A stretch of DNA of 63,060 nucleotides, filler included, from Perkinsus chesapeaki ATCC PRA-425 (Eukaryota > Protista > Perkinsozoa), in the NCBI GenBank assembly GCA_013115145.1. It is 10 parts of 10 records of this genome, joined end to end, with 100 filler letters (N's around TTAATTAATTAA, not from the genome) between each part and the next. Parts side by side here need not be neighbours in the genome. Positions count along the whole stretch, not along the records: positions 1 to 29,022 come from JAAPAO010000459.1; 9 more parts are not named here. One strand, 5' to 3'. Position 1 is the first letter of the stretch. The number at the start of each line of letters is the position of its first letter. A program made the translations under genes and the position numbers. The notes beneath the pieces were generated by a model that was given only the letters and a program-made list of their open reading frames with translations, did no database searches and was not told where the DNA came from. Of the stretch, positions 1-13,600 are shown one piece after another.

Positions 1-2
1 TT

Positions 3-257
3 TGGGCTAAAATCGGTTGCACTGCCGCAGCTAATAATAACATCACCGCCTATGCCGAGATCGGTACAAGTGTCAGTCTCTTGATCGCCGGTGCTGGTGT
101 ATCTGTCGATATCAAGGGTAACACGATGGATCACCTTCCTAACAAGTGGCAGTTCTTCTCGGGTGTCAATCTGAACGCTTGGGTTAACGTCCTGGTCTAT
201 AAGAACAAGTGGAACTGGCGTTGGGAAATATGGCATGCCAGCCCCGTGTACTTTTGA
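3..257 (+). CDS. 3' end of a protein-coding gene (start outside window); Trp-rich, beta-strand-like C-terminus, function unknown
   Basis: Frame +3 is open from base 3 to TGA at 255-257: WAKIGCTAAANNNITAYAEIGTSVSLLIAGAGVSVDIKG...NAWVNVLVYKNKWNWRWEIWHASPVYF*. Confidence 0.6.
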   Translation, partial: WAKIGCTAAANNNITAYAEIGTSVSLLIAGAGVSVDIKGNTMDHLPNKWQFFSGVNLNAWVNVLVYKNKWNWRWEIWHASPVYF

Positions 258-583
258 GGCTCCAATGCAAGGTTACGGTGATAAGAACTCTTTATGATAC
301 TATAGTGATATACGTCTACAAGCAGTCATCAATCTTTAAACCGTCGTCACTCATTCTAAAAGGGCCGATATAGCGACTTATTGTCAGTCGCTATGACTCG
401 TATAAAATGAATGAGTAAACTTTCTGTGAATAAGTCTTGAGAATGTCGTTGAGCCAATGGTTTTTGAACTAGTTTTGAGAAATGCTTGCTCCGTTGTCTT
501 GAAGAGCTGTCTTGTGATATGCTCAAACAATGCTTTTGTGTCTTGCTATTTATTGTAAATTACCAGTACTCAGGTATACGAGC

Positions 584-2072
584 TTACTCGCACTCCGGCT
601 GTTGTACTAGGCGGCCGGCATATTTCGTTAGTCACTCCAGCGTAGTGTTGATAGTGAATTGATGGTCGAGAAAAAGCATCTGTGTAGTCCCTCTTGATAG
701 CCACTTATCGACCGGAACTCTCCGACTTGTTGCTAATCCAGGAACACTCTGAGGGCTCATCCCTCCGGGCGATGCCAACACAACTTCGTGCCCGCTTGAG
801 AGACTAGAATGCCCACATTGTGGTCTTCACAAGGATCAGAGCTTATACTATGATCTTGACCTCATTGAAGAGTGTCTAGCGTTTTCGGAAACAGACTATA
901 TGACTGCAGTGGTTTTAATGACATAGGGTGCTCGGACAGGGGGACGAATGATTGCTATGGTTCCTTGTCCAGAAGAAAGATACTCACGCTGTAACTTAAT
1001 ATTGATCATGAGAGCGGTCGCATAATTAGCGCCCAAATGTTGGTGTAGTCTGTCCAAAAAAAGCTGTTGAGCATAAGACCATATCATTGCAGTGAGATAC
1101 TCTTGGACTCAGAGTCTGATTGGAGCTACAGTGTGGGATGAACCGAGATCCTGGCTGAGGAGCGTTCGACACGCTGGTCATTCACGTTGAGCATTCTCTC
1201 ATTTCCACTGAGAAACTTGAAACTTCCGACTTTCAATCACCCTGTTAGGATCATCCTAATAGGATGGGATAGGCAGGCTTGATTTTAGCATACTCAATGA
1301 TCGGTATGCTTAGTCTCGGCCCGAGACTCTCGGGAATAGGGTGTCAGTTTGCTTGTTCGGATACTAGTTCGGAGCTTGCCTTTATGAGGTCGTGCGCGAG
1401 TAGAAGCTATATGTGTCTTAACAAGAATAGTAACATGGCGTATATATATGCGTACCTGGGAGTGCTAGTATACCGAGATAAGCGAGACAAGATACCGCAT
1501 ACCGAAAGCCGTTGGCAAAATTACACAGGTCGCCACACAAACTCTGTCCCATTACTAATGACCCATTAGTAATGGGTCATTAGTGGAAGATAGAATCAAC
1601 TCGAGCAAGATATCGCGGTAAGCGTAGATTGATCGATATTGAGCTACACGCTCAGCCGAGAGAAGCGACAGCCTTCGATCGCATCGAATCTTTCGATTCG
1701 AATATATACTATCGTATACTAGACGATCCAGATACTTTACGATGAAACGTAGCGATGCCAGGCGCAGCGTATAATGCCTTATCGTTTTTGTTCATAAAGT
1801 ACGAGGCATGCATCAGTTACGTAAATCAATTAGCGGATATCTCAAGGACGTCCAATGAAGCTTAACACAGCCGCGTTTTGTTTTCCACGCCACATCACTT
1901 CCTCCAGACTTGAGAGTTCGAAGTGCTGACGTCTTGAGTGCTGACGTCTTTCGTATAACTCAATCGATCTAGCATGCTCCCTAGTATGAATTTCTATATC
2001 CTCCCAGAATCGGGCAGAGATTAATTGACAAAAAGATCAAGCCGCGACCATAAGACGAATAGATGCAGCACA
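584..2072. repeat. Repeat block A, copy 1; an internally deleted direct copy lies at 9104-9925
   Basis: 584-780 matches 9104-9300, 1195-1345 matches 9310-9450, and about 1780-2072 matches 9630-9925, in the same order and orientation. Confidence 0.85.
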
Positions 2073-2349
2073 AGTTAGTAAATGTGAGCAATAAAGAGAA
2101 CAAAAAATGTGAATTTTCTATACATACCTAAATAGCTGTTTCGGTGAGGCGTGTCCGGCCAAAAACCATACAAGGATATGATATAGCCAAGAGTATCTAA
2201 AAAGAGATTTTTAGGAAGAGTCTGTTTTAGGGGATACAGTTTACGGCCAAACACATAGCGATTGAATGAAGGCAGTAATTCAATTGATATTATACTAAAG
2301 CCACGACCATATGAACAGTTAAGAGAACAGTCCAGTGATACAGGTGGAA

Positions 2350-5300
2350 CAAATTGGTCCCTCCTGGCACTGTATTTCCTACAGCGGCGCACCACAAGCA
2401 CCGCAAAATTCGCCGAAATAACGGATTTTCGCGAAAAGCAGTGCATTCCCGTAGGAAGGCACTTCCTGATCTTAATCGAAGCAACCTACACTGATCAAGA
2501 TGAGAGATGGATGAACCATGCCCCCACGGTAGAAAGAGTTGAGCTGCTCGTCCCCGAGAATCAGATCTATTGTGAACTGGATGAAGTAGCCGAAACTTTG
2601 ATAGGCTTTATAGTTAGAAATAGCTACCAAATGGTACCTATCCGAAATCGGTCTTCGCAGCAGGAGCAGGGAGGCCACCTACCTGGTTGGAGCGAAACGT
2701 GCCTGAATCTTTGCAGGCAATTCAAACTCATAGAGAGAGTCACCAAATGCCAGTAGCAAAATAAGGCCAACAATAGTCCAATACTCAGCACTGGTCGGAG
2801 TGTCAATCTGAACCCACTGTAGCATACCATCACCACTTGGATTCTGAAAGGTGAATACGTTATGCAATACAAAGTTGGATGCGACTGCACCACCATCTCA
2901 TACTCGACGCAACCTTTCAATTATACAGTTGTTTAAATTTGATATGTACAAACATATCAAATTACACTTATAATACAGTGCGAACCAAACCGTTATGCAA
3001 ATTCGTTTTTTTGGTACATAAATTAAGATACAAAAGTACATTTTTCACAAATCCTTTGAAAAACGGAGGTTCAACTCTATAACCTCTAACACGCCACATA
3101 AGATACATGTATATATATTAAAAAATGTCTAGACAATTTCGCCACATCTCTTCGATCCATGGGTGACCAGCACAGTAAACTAGTGGCAGAGAAATTATTT
3201 GCGGAACAACACATTTTCGTTAGGATATGTGATACGACACCCACAAAGGGTGCTGCAGAGAAAAAAGGGTCCTCTTCCAGAATTTAATTGTCGCATGCAA
3301 ATTCCTGAACCTTTAGTATTTCACGTTTGAACGAGTCGAGGCGCTCCTCGGTGGCGACCAACTGTGGACATGCCAGTTCAACCAACATATACTCAAGACA
3401 CTGCAACTCACTGGAGTGAAATTGGAGCTGAGCCATGTCTGCAATAAATGTAGAGAAATAACCGTAATGAAAAACGTTAGCTGGGCCACAGTGGCAAAGA
3501 AGTATGCCTGAACAATGCGCACTTTGCAAAGTTTCATCATGCAGATGTGCTACCATTCCTCGCCCCAGTCTTCTCGTGGTTATCAGACGTCCCCAAAAAT
3601 GTGAAAAGATTGCATTAAAAATGAAAAAGATGCTCTGCGCCGCAACCGCCGTTCGCACGCCCAGGATAGGGGCAACCAAATAACGACTGAAACCTCCGAA
3701 AACATAGCCGACCACCTGAAAGCAAAATTTGGCTCTCCGAAAGTTTCACAAGTGACCATACCATGCCGTTGGTTATACACCCTGGTATTAAGCATAACAT
3801 ATCCTTCTCTCTGAGCCCGAACAGCAAGGTATCCAGCGGTGATGTGACCGGTTCCGGGGCGCCTGAAAATTAAGGTTCGGCGCGCAAAAGTTACATTTTT
3901 CAGGAACATGAGACAAAAACATGACCGCAATAAACGCACTTCTCCTCTCATCAGGAATATTTCGTGCATTAAGCCTTGCGTAGCCTTACCCAAGTATATG
4001 TCCCATTCAGTGGGAGTGAGAAACCATAGATGTAGAAAATTAAGTATTGGTGCTCTCTTGCAGAAACTACGGCTCACAAACCGTAATGCAGTTAGGGCGA
4101 ACCAGAAATGCAACGATTCTCACCGAGTCAGATGAGACCTCACTGGAATAATATTAGATAAGACACGGAGCAAGCACAGCCCTGAAATTCTCAAGTTGAA
4201 ACGCTCCGCAGTTAAGCGTCTGACGAGAAGCGAAAAAAAGACCGAAAAGTCTCATCGATTTACGATTTACGTTACCAGGAATGATATCGCTCTTTGGGAC
4301 AGGAGGGACCATCAGGAACACAAAGCCACTGGCGAGAGGGAGCATCGCCATAGCCCAGAACAGAGGCACTCTCCACCTGAGATATACGATTAGTGATGTA
4401 ATTATGAAAGATATTCTACTCGGCTTCAGGACTAGTCTTGAGCGCTATTATGGCCATGGGAATCAGGAGAACTCCTTGCAGTTGAAGAAGTGTGAAGAAT
4501 ATACAACTGAACCTAAAGGAAATCAAGGGAAGTAATAATCCACTAAAATCCATATTTCTGTAGTGAAAATGTAAGCTTTGTCAGAGTTACAATAAAGAGC
4601 TAGATTTATTGAAAAAAGTAATACTGTTATAGTAGTAGTTTCCTTGTCTACTGCTACAGTAGGTAGTTTCCCATGTTTCAGTAAAAAATATCTTTTACCT
4701 AGAGAGGATCCCAAAATGCAGCCTCGGACTCAAACAAGCAGTTATGGATGGTAACATATCAGTACATAACGCAACTACGCAGGGATGTTCGATGATACCG
4801 TGTGAGCACACACCATCCAAGAACAGTTGATTTTTTAACGCGGCGCCCACATCAATTTCTGAGGAATCGAAAGTTTCAAGTTCATCGATTTCTCCTATGG
4901 TGAATGCCTGAGAGTCATCAAGAGGTTTATTCGACACTGGTTAGCGTTCTTAGTGCGGAGAAATAATGGGAACTTTACATGGAAAATCACCATTACGAAA
5001 ATTTTTAGGAAAATATTTTCCCGGACCCAAAATGAAGTCTCAAATACAATTCTCTCGGGAAACATCTGAAGTTTCTCGCCAGTGAGCGCATCAGTTCGGT
5101 GAATGTGACGGATCTATTAGCCACGTTGAAATCTCAACCATCTCAAAATCGCTGGTACTTTATCAATGGTGATAATGCTATCATAAAAAATCATCGATAT
5201 ATCAACTTACTATCAGATCATGCTGTATTAATAGTACCAAACGAGAGCAGCAAATCTTTATCCTACTTTGTAGTTGTCATTCTGAGACGACTCTGAAAGT

Positions 5301-6330
5301 CCTTCACTGCAATGCAATCTCTGGGCACAACTCCCGCACCTCCGAAACTTGTCAGATCTCTCGAATGGAAATATCTGCATTTCAAATTCACCAAGTCACT
5401 TCGCTAAACTTACGCGCATCTGCCAACGATTTCTTGGGATGTTACAAAAACGAGCGGCGCGCCGAGTCCGACGAGCACGCTGGCGATGATGAAAAGTGTG
5501 GCTGATGAGGTATAGAGTGCCGTTTCACTTTCACCGTCAACCCCAAGGATATTAACGTACCTGATAATCGGAAAAACCGAGAGTTGTTCCGCAATTGTTT
5601 CGAGCTTGAAGCAGTGGAATTGTACTAAGTTAATGAAACTTGATAAGTTATTAAGTGTGCGATTTATTCCGACACATTTGTACATATAATATGATTCTCC
5701 GTCGGAAAATCTCCGACAACTGCAACAAGCCAGGCTTTTCAAGTTGTCCTATAACGAGCTCAAACGTATCTTCCAACCTCTGCAGCTTACAAAAAGAAAG
5801 TGTACCCCAACGATCCGATCGCCGCTAGGAACTTTAGTTGTGTATTCACTTCAAAGAACCTCATCATTGGAGGCATAAGGAAACAACCAACAGTAAATAG
5901 CAAGTACCTGATCATCGTAACACTTGTTCGCCTCTCATAAAGATGATACATACAACCTGTTTACTATATAATATATCCCATCGATGACACAATACAGAGC
6001 GTTCGAATTTCTCATGGACATCAGTGAAGATTATCTATCTCTGGTCCTACGACGGCTTAGGTTGCCGAAGTTAATATAGGAACACGGAAATTGGGGTCCA
6101 CAAGGCTTCATGAATCGGATAAGTTGGTTTGAGGAATGAAGAAGGATGGACTAGACTTATAGAATCTAACCAAAGACTCAACCAACACCAATGGAAGTTG
6201 TTTGAGAAAGTTACTATTGTTAACACTGAACATGATGAAGGTTAGTAATATGATTAGAAGGAGTTTCTTAGAAGTGCCACTAACCGAAAGAATCACTGGT
6301 GTTTCAAATTCAATACCTCTTCTTCGACCC
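2350..6330 (-). CDS. UNC-93-like MFS membrane protein, multi-exon; ends approximate, possibly a pseudogene
   Basis: Minus-strand exons with short GT-AG introns, in UNC-93 order: YLLFTVGCFLMPP..SLGYTFF (~5780-5910); LFIIASVLVGLGAPLVFVTSQEIVGRC (~5415-5500); DTLLFGLREKDMLCLIPGCITNGM|VVGYVFGGFSRYLVAPILG..NAIFSHFWGRL (~3560-3850); LILLLAFGDSLYEFELPAKIQ (~2700-2770); ISNYKAYQSFGYFIQF (~2570-2625). Some middle exons appear to carry stops. Confidence 0.7.
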
Positions 6331-7429
6331 GTTTCACGACATTCACAACCAGCACGTAACAAGTTGACGTGATTCCTCGAATACCAAACGTTAAAAAACG
6401 TTCGCAAACGTTGAATGAAAAACTCACACAGTAAAGATTCCCGACGAAAATTTCTTACACAATCACAGAGCCAGCTATACCGACACTTCCGCTGAGTCCG
6501 CTGGTCAACGTGGTGGCAGATTTGTACCCTCCCTGTAAAATGCACATGGCCAAACCAGTAAATGACCTAACAAAGCGATAGCGCAAAATCGATCACGTGA
6601 TCGATTTACACGACTGTTTGCCAGTAACCGGCATCTTTATATTCCGATACAGCCAGGGAGGATGAACCTCGCGTTCTGCTCACTTCGACCTGGTGGCAGA
6701 TGAGGCTCTGAAAAATGCACAACACCATCCGACGTCGAACTCTTCGATCATTACGACAAACGACAATTATTAGGTCATAAGGGGTCTCACTAGCTGAAGT
6801 GCTTCGAGCGAAGACGAGGTACTATGGAGAATGCACGCGTGAAGCTTGGATATTCCAGAGTGAGAAGATATCTCAACAACAACAATTACCCCTTGAAGCC
6901 TAAACCGCGAATGAAATGTTCGATGGCCTGCTTTGAAGAAAGAAGTGGTACTTGTTGTGCCTTGGTATGAATGTGAGGCTTGATATCCCAAAGAAAAAGT
7001 CGGTGTTCACAAGGAAAGAGAAAATACTAGACGCGAACGACGTGCATTCGAAGGATTCCAGTGAACCTTTAGAATTTTCATAAACAATGAATTCCAAAAA
7101 TTAAATGGTTCAGAGTTCCCCCGGCTCACTCCTGCACCTCCACCAGAAAAACCGGAGCTTCTTCTGCGCATAGTGCCTAATAATAATATAAGGCGATCGG
7201 AAATCCACAGTGGCTCACTGAAATCTGAATGACGTCTTCGATTCCTTTGTGCCTTCAGCGGTTGCAGGATCTGCGGATCAGAGCTGGCCTCTGGCACACA
7301 CATTAGAACAGACAACTTTGCTGCGGTGAAGAAGCAACTTGAAACATTCCAAGTGGGAGCGAATATTTCATATACAGTATTGTGATATATTTATAAGATA
7401 CGCTGTGCATATGTAATTCTATAAGATAT

Positions 7430-7650
7430 TTATTATCGACTAGATTCTAGCGGTCGCAGCATTCCACTGATACTTCTCCTTTGATTGGTAATCGATAATA
7501 TTGCTTTGTTGCTTACCAAGTAGTACGTAGTAAATGCTTTCTCGAATAGATGCTTCACCGAGCTACTTACGCACGCGACTGAGTCGCGTTCTTGAAGTGT
7601 ACCCCAAAAGGTTTTCAACTAAGCATCCGCCTTGTACCTTTGTTATTATA
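7430..7650. repeat. Repeat block B, direct copy at about 9930-10150
   Basis: TTTATTATCGACTAGATTCTAGCGGTCGCA...CCTTTGTTATTATA is present at both loci with scattered substitutions. Confidence 0.85.
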
Positions 7651-7790
7651 TAATCGATTGGATGGAATAACATTTTACTAGTGTAAAAATAAATTATATA
7701 ATCGATTGGATGGAATAACATTTTACTAGTGTGAAAATAAATTATATAATCGTTTGGATGGAATAACATTTTTCTAGTGTAAAAATAAGT
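7648..7790. repeat. 48-bp minisatellite, about 3 copies; related units at about 10965-11050
   Basis: Unit TATAATCGATTGGATGGAATAACATTTTACTAGTGTAAAAATAAATTA; it explains the 16-aa periodicity of ORF 7563-7769. Confidence 0.9.
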
Positions 7791-7794
7791 TATT

Positions 7795-9080
7795 CATTTA
7801 GCAGCAGCAACAGAACCAGGCACAGCAGCAGTAGTAGTAGTGGTGGCTGTAGTAGAAGATGTGGTAGTCTTCGTGCCAGTAGTATCCTTCTTGTTTTCTA
7901 GTGTTCTCAGCAGCTGTATTAGTCTTGTTCTTGTTTTTATTATTCCTCATATTATCATTAGTATTATTAGTCAGACTAATTTAGTCTTAGTATCATTATT
8001 TTTAGTATTATTCTTATTATTTTTTTAGTATTCTTCTTTTTTTTCTCTTATCATCACTGCTATCATCAGACTCCTCGTAGTCATCGTTGTCAGAGGCGTA
8101 GCCAGGCTTCCTCAAGTCTTCAGGGGGCGCCCGAGGGGCAGCTCTTTTCCGCTGGGTGGCTGACAGCCCAATATTTCTACCAGATTATTTTCAAACTAAG
8201 AACTAAAAGCGGCGTGGGTATATATAAGTCGCTGATTGCTTGGCATAGAAAACAATTGCAAAAAGTAAAAAGCAAACTTTAAGTTAGCAACTTGTTGAGG
8301 ACTCCTCAATGAGGAGGTCTCAATGACATGCACACTGCAAATGTACCCTTACAGCACTCAGCAATGCACCTGGGGCAATGCCCCACGTGGCCACCCCTAT
8401 ACACCTGGGTGGCGTTGAGGGGGCCGCCTAGAAAATCAGGGTGGCCTCCGATACGATTCGTTGTCATCGTACTCACAAGATGAGGACGCATCTTCATCAG
8501 CAAGGACTTCCTCCTCGGCCTCAGCGGTCGTGCCAGTAGTAGTAGTACTAGGAGTGGTGGTAGTAGCAGTACTAGTAGGATCGGTTGTTGTAGTAGTGGT
8601 GGTAGGAGTGAAAGTATTGGCAGTAGCTGCTGCGGCAGTAGGTGTGGTAGTATTGATAGTACTTTGACGTCCAGCTGAGAAAAAAATAAATTAATAATAA
8701 TTTATACAATAACTAAACTTACTTTACGCCCATGCTGTTTCCCTGTCAGGGAATCCCTGAGCAAGGTCCTATTATAGCCGGCTAGAGCCATCAACATGGA
8801 CTCATTCAGCCCGCCGCTCCCTTTACCGCCGCAGCGGCGTTATTTCCATTGGCTGGAGCGGCGAGATTGATGTTTGGAATTGTAGTTGTTGCCGTTGTAG
8901 TGGTTAGACTGGGAACGCTTGGGCATTTACAACAAACAAACCTAAACAAAGAAACCTAAACAAAAAAAACTAAACATAACAATAAAACTAAACTAAAAGA
9001 TAATCAAATATCTGAATAACTACATAGCAAACTCAACAATTACAATAACTACAACAAAGTGCGGATACTACATCATACTT
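7795..9080 (-). pseudogene. Degenerate Thr-rich mucin-like gene remnant
   Basis: Minus-strand Thr/Ala runs (TTTPTAAAATANTFTPTTTTTTDPTSTATTTT; CKCPSVPSLTTTTATTT; TTTSSTTATTTTTAAVP) are broken by stops. Two 14-nt scars lie in the region (8295-8316, 8739-8760). Confidence 0.45.
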
Positions 9081-10635
9081 GGGACAGTAATCTACAGCTC
9101 ATGTTACTCGCACTCCGGCTTTTGTACTAGGCGGCCGGCATATTTCGCTAGTGCGTCACTAAAGTGCAGTGTTGAAAGTGATCTGATGGTTGAGAGAAGC
9201 ATCTGTGTAGTTCCTCTTGATAGCCACTTATCGACCGGAACTCTCCGACTGGTTGCTAATCCAGGAACACCCTGGGAGCTCATCCCTCCGGGCGTTATTC
9301 GCGTAGACCATTTTCTCATTTCCACTGAGGAACTTGAAACTTCCCGCTTTCAATCACCCTTTTAGGATGGGATACTATCCCAGGGATAGGCACCCTTGTT
9401 CCCAGTATACTCAATGATCGGTATGCTTAGTCTCGGGAATAGGGTGACAGTTTGCTTTTTCGGATACTACAGCATTTCCCGCTCATGTTTCCGACACGCG
9501 CACTGTTATTTCCGAGCGATCACGAGCAAAAACCCGGCGCGTCGCAATTATTTCCGACCACGCTCATTTATCTGATTCGGTCAGGTGCAATATCCGACGA
9601 ATACAGTCATTCTAATATAAGCCTTATCGCTAGTGTTCATATACTTGAGGCATGCATCAGTTGCCAAGTCAAAATAATTAGCGGCTGTCTCAAGGATGTC
9701 CAGTGAAGCTTAACAAAGCAGCATTTTGTTATTCACTCCACAGGAAATTCCTGTCAGGAATGTCTCCGGACAGAAGAGTTCGGAGCAATTTGCTTCACGT
9801 CTTTAGTATTGTCTAATCGATCTAGAATGCTACATAGTATGAATTCTTGCATTCTCTCAGATTGGAACACAGCTTGATTGACAAAAAAACCTAGTCGTGA
9901 CCACAAAAAGAATAGATGCAGAGCAATCTTTTATTATCGACTAGATTCTAGCGGTCGCAAAATTCCACTGATACTTCTACTTTGACTGGTTATCGATAAT
10001 ATTGCTTTGTTCCTTACCAAGTAGTACGTAGTGAATGCCTTCGCAAATAGATGCTTCACCGACCTACTTACGCACGCAACTGGGTCGCGTTATTGAAGTC
10101 TACCCCAAAAGGTTTTCAGCTGAGTATCCGCTTTTTACCTTTGTTATTATATAAATGTAATATATACTATTTAGATATATCTGTAGCAGTTAGGATCTTA
10201 AAAAACGCACAAGTCGAAACTTAGGTCAATTCACTCATAGGGTGTTTCAATTCCTTATGGAAGTCTTAGTTGTCTCTGGGCACAGGGCGGCTTAGGGTGC
10301 CCAAAAAAATCGAATGAGATATCGATCAACAGTTTCACTGACCGTTTTCAAGGTTCAACTTACTGCATGTTATTGTTTAATATTTCCATCCTAGAAATGA
10401 GTACGGTCATCATGCAACTCAACAAGGTACAGGTGAGAAGTTTAAAAATATCATACGTCAGCCTATTATAACTCGGGATACCCAACCGGAACGAAGCAGG
10501 CTGTCGACCATCACTCCACAAATAGCTTTCCGATTCAAATCGATCACTCTCTCAGTGATTCTGGCAAGCTCTCGTTGGTGTCTGAGGACTCAACATTCTT
10601 CAAAGATGAGAAATAATCTGTATGCGAGATGTATG

Positions 10636-13600
10636 CTAACTAACCATACATCTTTTCCCACGGTAAGCCTTACCTTCTGAATCTTCGATGGGTTTGCCGA
10701 TAACCTCCACTGGCAACGCGATCTCATCTTCGGTGGCCTCGACATCGTTGCGAAACGATACGAACCGGCGTGCCAGCAGAATCACAGTTGTTACGAAACA
10801 CACCGCGGAAGAGATAATTCGCAAAACCGTATGAAGCATAAAAATACTTGAAGCCAGCAATGTGAAGATAACGGCACGACGGAAGAAGGTGACGCCTGAG
10901 GGGGCAACTACGCGGACGGAAAAAAGAGCATTGGGAAGGGTGGAAATGAAATAACATATTACAATTTACTATTTTACTAGTGTAAAAATAAATTATATAA
11001 TCGATTGGATGAAATAACATTTTACTAATGAAAAAAAAATTATATAATCGGCTATTTTCACACATTCCCAAAACTTCCCAGTAGCTCGATGGGTGAAATT
11101 GTTACTTATCTTGTCAGCTAGTCCATTTCCAGCCAAAACGCCGAGTATCGAACCAACAACAATGGAACTTATCAATAGCCCGTCGATGTCTTCCATGAGA
11201 CCGCTCGTCACCACTGTTGGAAGACGACCGACGTTATTCACTAAAACAAATAAGAATACGAACAAGAAATGTGAGAAGGCGACAGAAATCCGGGAAGGGA
11301 AACACAACGAGAAGAGATACTATGGGAAAGCGAATGCCGGCAAAAACGGGATGAGACAGAAACAGTATACAGGAGCAGCCAAAGAAAGATCTGGTCCCTC
11401 GAAGGAGGCCTATCATCAGGCAAATCGTCGCCACTCGACCATGACATATGTCTACCTGTAAATATTAGAGCACTAGTTCCACGCCATGTCGTGGGGTCCG
11501 GCTCGGCTAGCAGAACCCACACCATCATAGGTGGACCACCAATACCTAACAGACGGAAAGAAAATTCTCAGAAATTATCCAGATTTCGTCCCGCAGATGG
11601 CGATGATTAATCTGTGTGGCATGGAGATAAGAGTAGACGATGAAAAAACGGGCGAGCGAGAAATGCATCATATTGGCTGCTGAACCATCTCATCAGTAGA
11701 GTTGCCATATGGAGGGAAGAGTTAGGGGAATATGTCTTCCCCCTGTAGTATTGCAGCAGGAGTCAGATCTTGGACGTGTAGATGTAATTGTGCCAGTACA
11801 CAATCCGAGTATCTCCTAGCTCTAGTAGTACTCATTGATGTGTATACGTCGATAGTTAAGCTTCTATGAGTCCATCAGGTAGCGAGTTATGGTGATTACA
11901 GTATAAGATGATAGCGCCCATGGACGGCAGTGCAATTTATTATAAATTATTTATAAGAAAACCACGAATAAGTTGTCACCATTAATCCTCCGAGCATGAC
12001 AGAGATGTCAGAGAATCATGCACTTGTACTGTACATATTAGTAATTATTATAATAGTAACCATAATATCAACTGTTGATATCAGCGCGAGTACTATAGTA
12101 CATAGTGAGACACGATGCAGAAGCCTTCTGCCAAAAGGCCAACAGAGTGACTCACTGAAAAGGCCTATCATTGCTCCACTCGCAATTCCAGCTACAGCCG
12201 CGCCAAGTAACGTCTTTCTTGTCATCACCGTTTTGGTATCATCACACGTCGATGTGGGAAAACCTAATAGGCACTAAAGACGGTAGGAAGATCTAATTGT
12301 AAAGCGACACATAGGTCTTTTATCACCATTAGAGACCCTCTACGATATCTGTGGGTGATGGCGCAGCGCCATTGGAGCGGCATTGGCCATTAATTTCCAT
12401 CAGCGTCACTCGCGGCATTCGAACTATTCGAGGAAGTCTCGTGATGTTGAGAAGTTTTGGCGGCAATATCCCTCTCCACCACACGCACCCACATTTCGGA
12501 GTCAGGAGGGCTTCACGGATGTGTCGTCGTATCACAGGAGCATATATCGAGTCCATCATGGACTGTTCATGCCACCTCCAGCCCGAAGGTTAGATTCGCT
12601 CGACAAGCACTATGCGAGGCAGGGATGATTCACACTCTCATGATGCAGGGCGCAAGGCAGTGGGGGAAAATTCATTTTGCCGAAGCAGAGCAAACTCAAG
12701 AAGCAAGTCTTGCACGCGGAGCTTACTCCAGAACTCGTTGACAAATTGCCATAATCCGACAACAAGAAGAATCACTCCCAAAACAGCTTTTAAAACATCA
12801 GCTTCATTTGACCATTTTTTCAACAGCATCGTAAATACTATCGTAGTAGGAAAGCCTAGAAAAACAACCGCATATTGGGCGTTACGCATTTGTGTCTTAC
12901 AAGTGACGAGAACTGCCAAGAAAAGTTTAATGCTTGCGGCTCTCCAAAGCATGATCAGTTGGGAAAGTGCCATTGCTGGACTGAGTACCTTAAGAGTGAC
13001 GTGAATTTCGTAAGTGTCACCCAATCACGGGGTATCAGAAGTCCGCACTGCGAACCAACGGGGTTACGTAATGTTGCACGGGAGTCCAGTGACTGGACGC
13101 AATCGATGTCCAAACATATTGGATTGTTGTCTTAACATCTTTGGTGTAGAACCCGCTGCAACACCCTCCTCTTACACATGCCAAGTTCGACTTCGCAAAA
13201 GATGAGCTCACGAGAGCACAATAAGCCGATATCCTCGAAATTGATGAGCGCTTAGCCGACTTCGAAACCGTCAACGATTGGGACGGAATTTTGTACGACC
13301 GAATCCCTTGGCTACTCCATTAGCCTCCGTAGGTGACGCCTACTACGCCTACTAGGCGTGAATTACAGTGGTTTTAGCGAACCTGGAGCGCTTATACCGA
13401 GGGTCCCGACGACGAAGAAAACGTCTCCTCTTCCTGGCGTTGACGCTAGTGATGTCAGTGACCGGGTCACTGTGCGCAAGACCAAAGTAAAAAAGCAGCT
13501 TTTCAAAAGCTCTGAACTCCGAGCTAGGATTCCTAAAGCCTGTCAGTCTTCTATCTCCGAGTCCCGGAGGGAGGTTCTGAGATCGACCTGGAGACGGTTG

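Noticed and set aside
2262-2756. 164-aa plus-strand ORF as a gene
   Set aside because: It is antisense to UNC-93-like exons that carry recognisable family motifs, so it is a shadow ORF.
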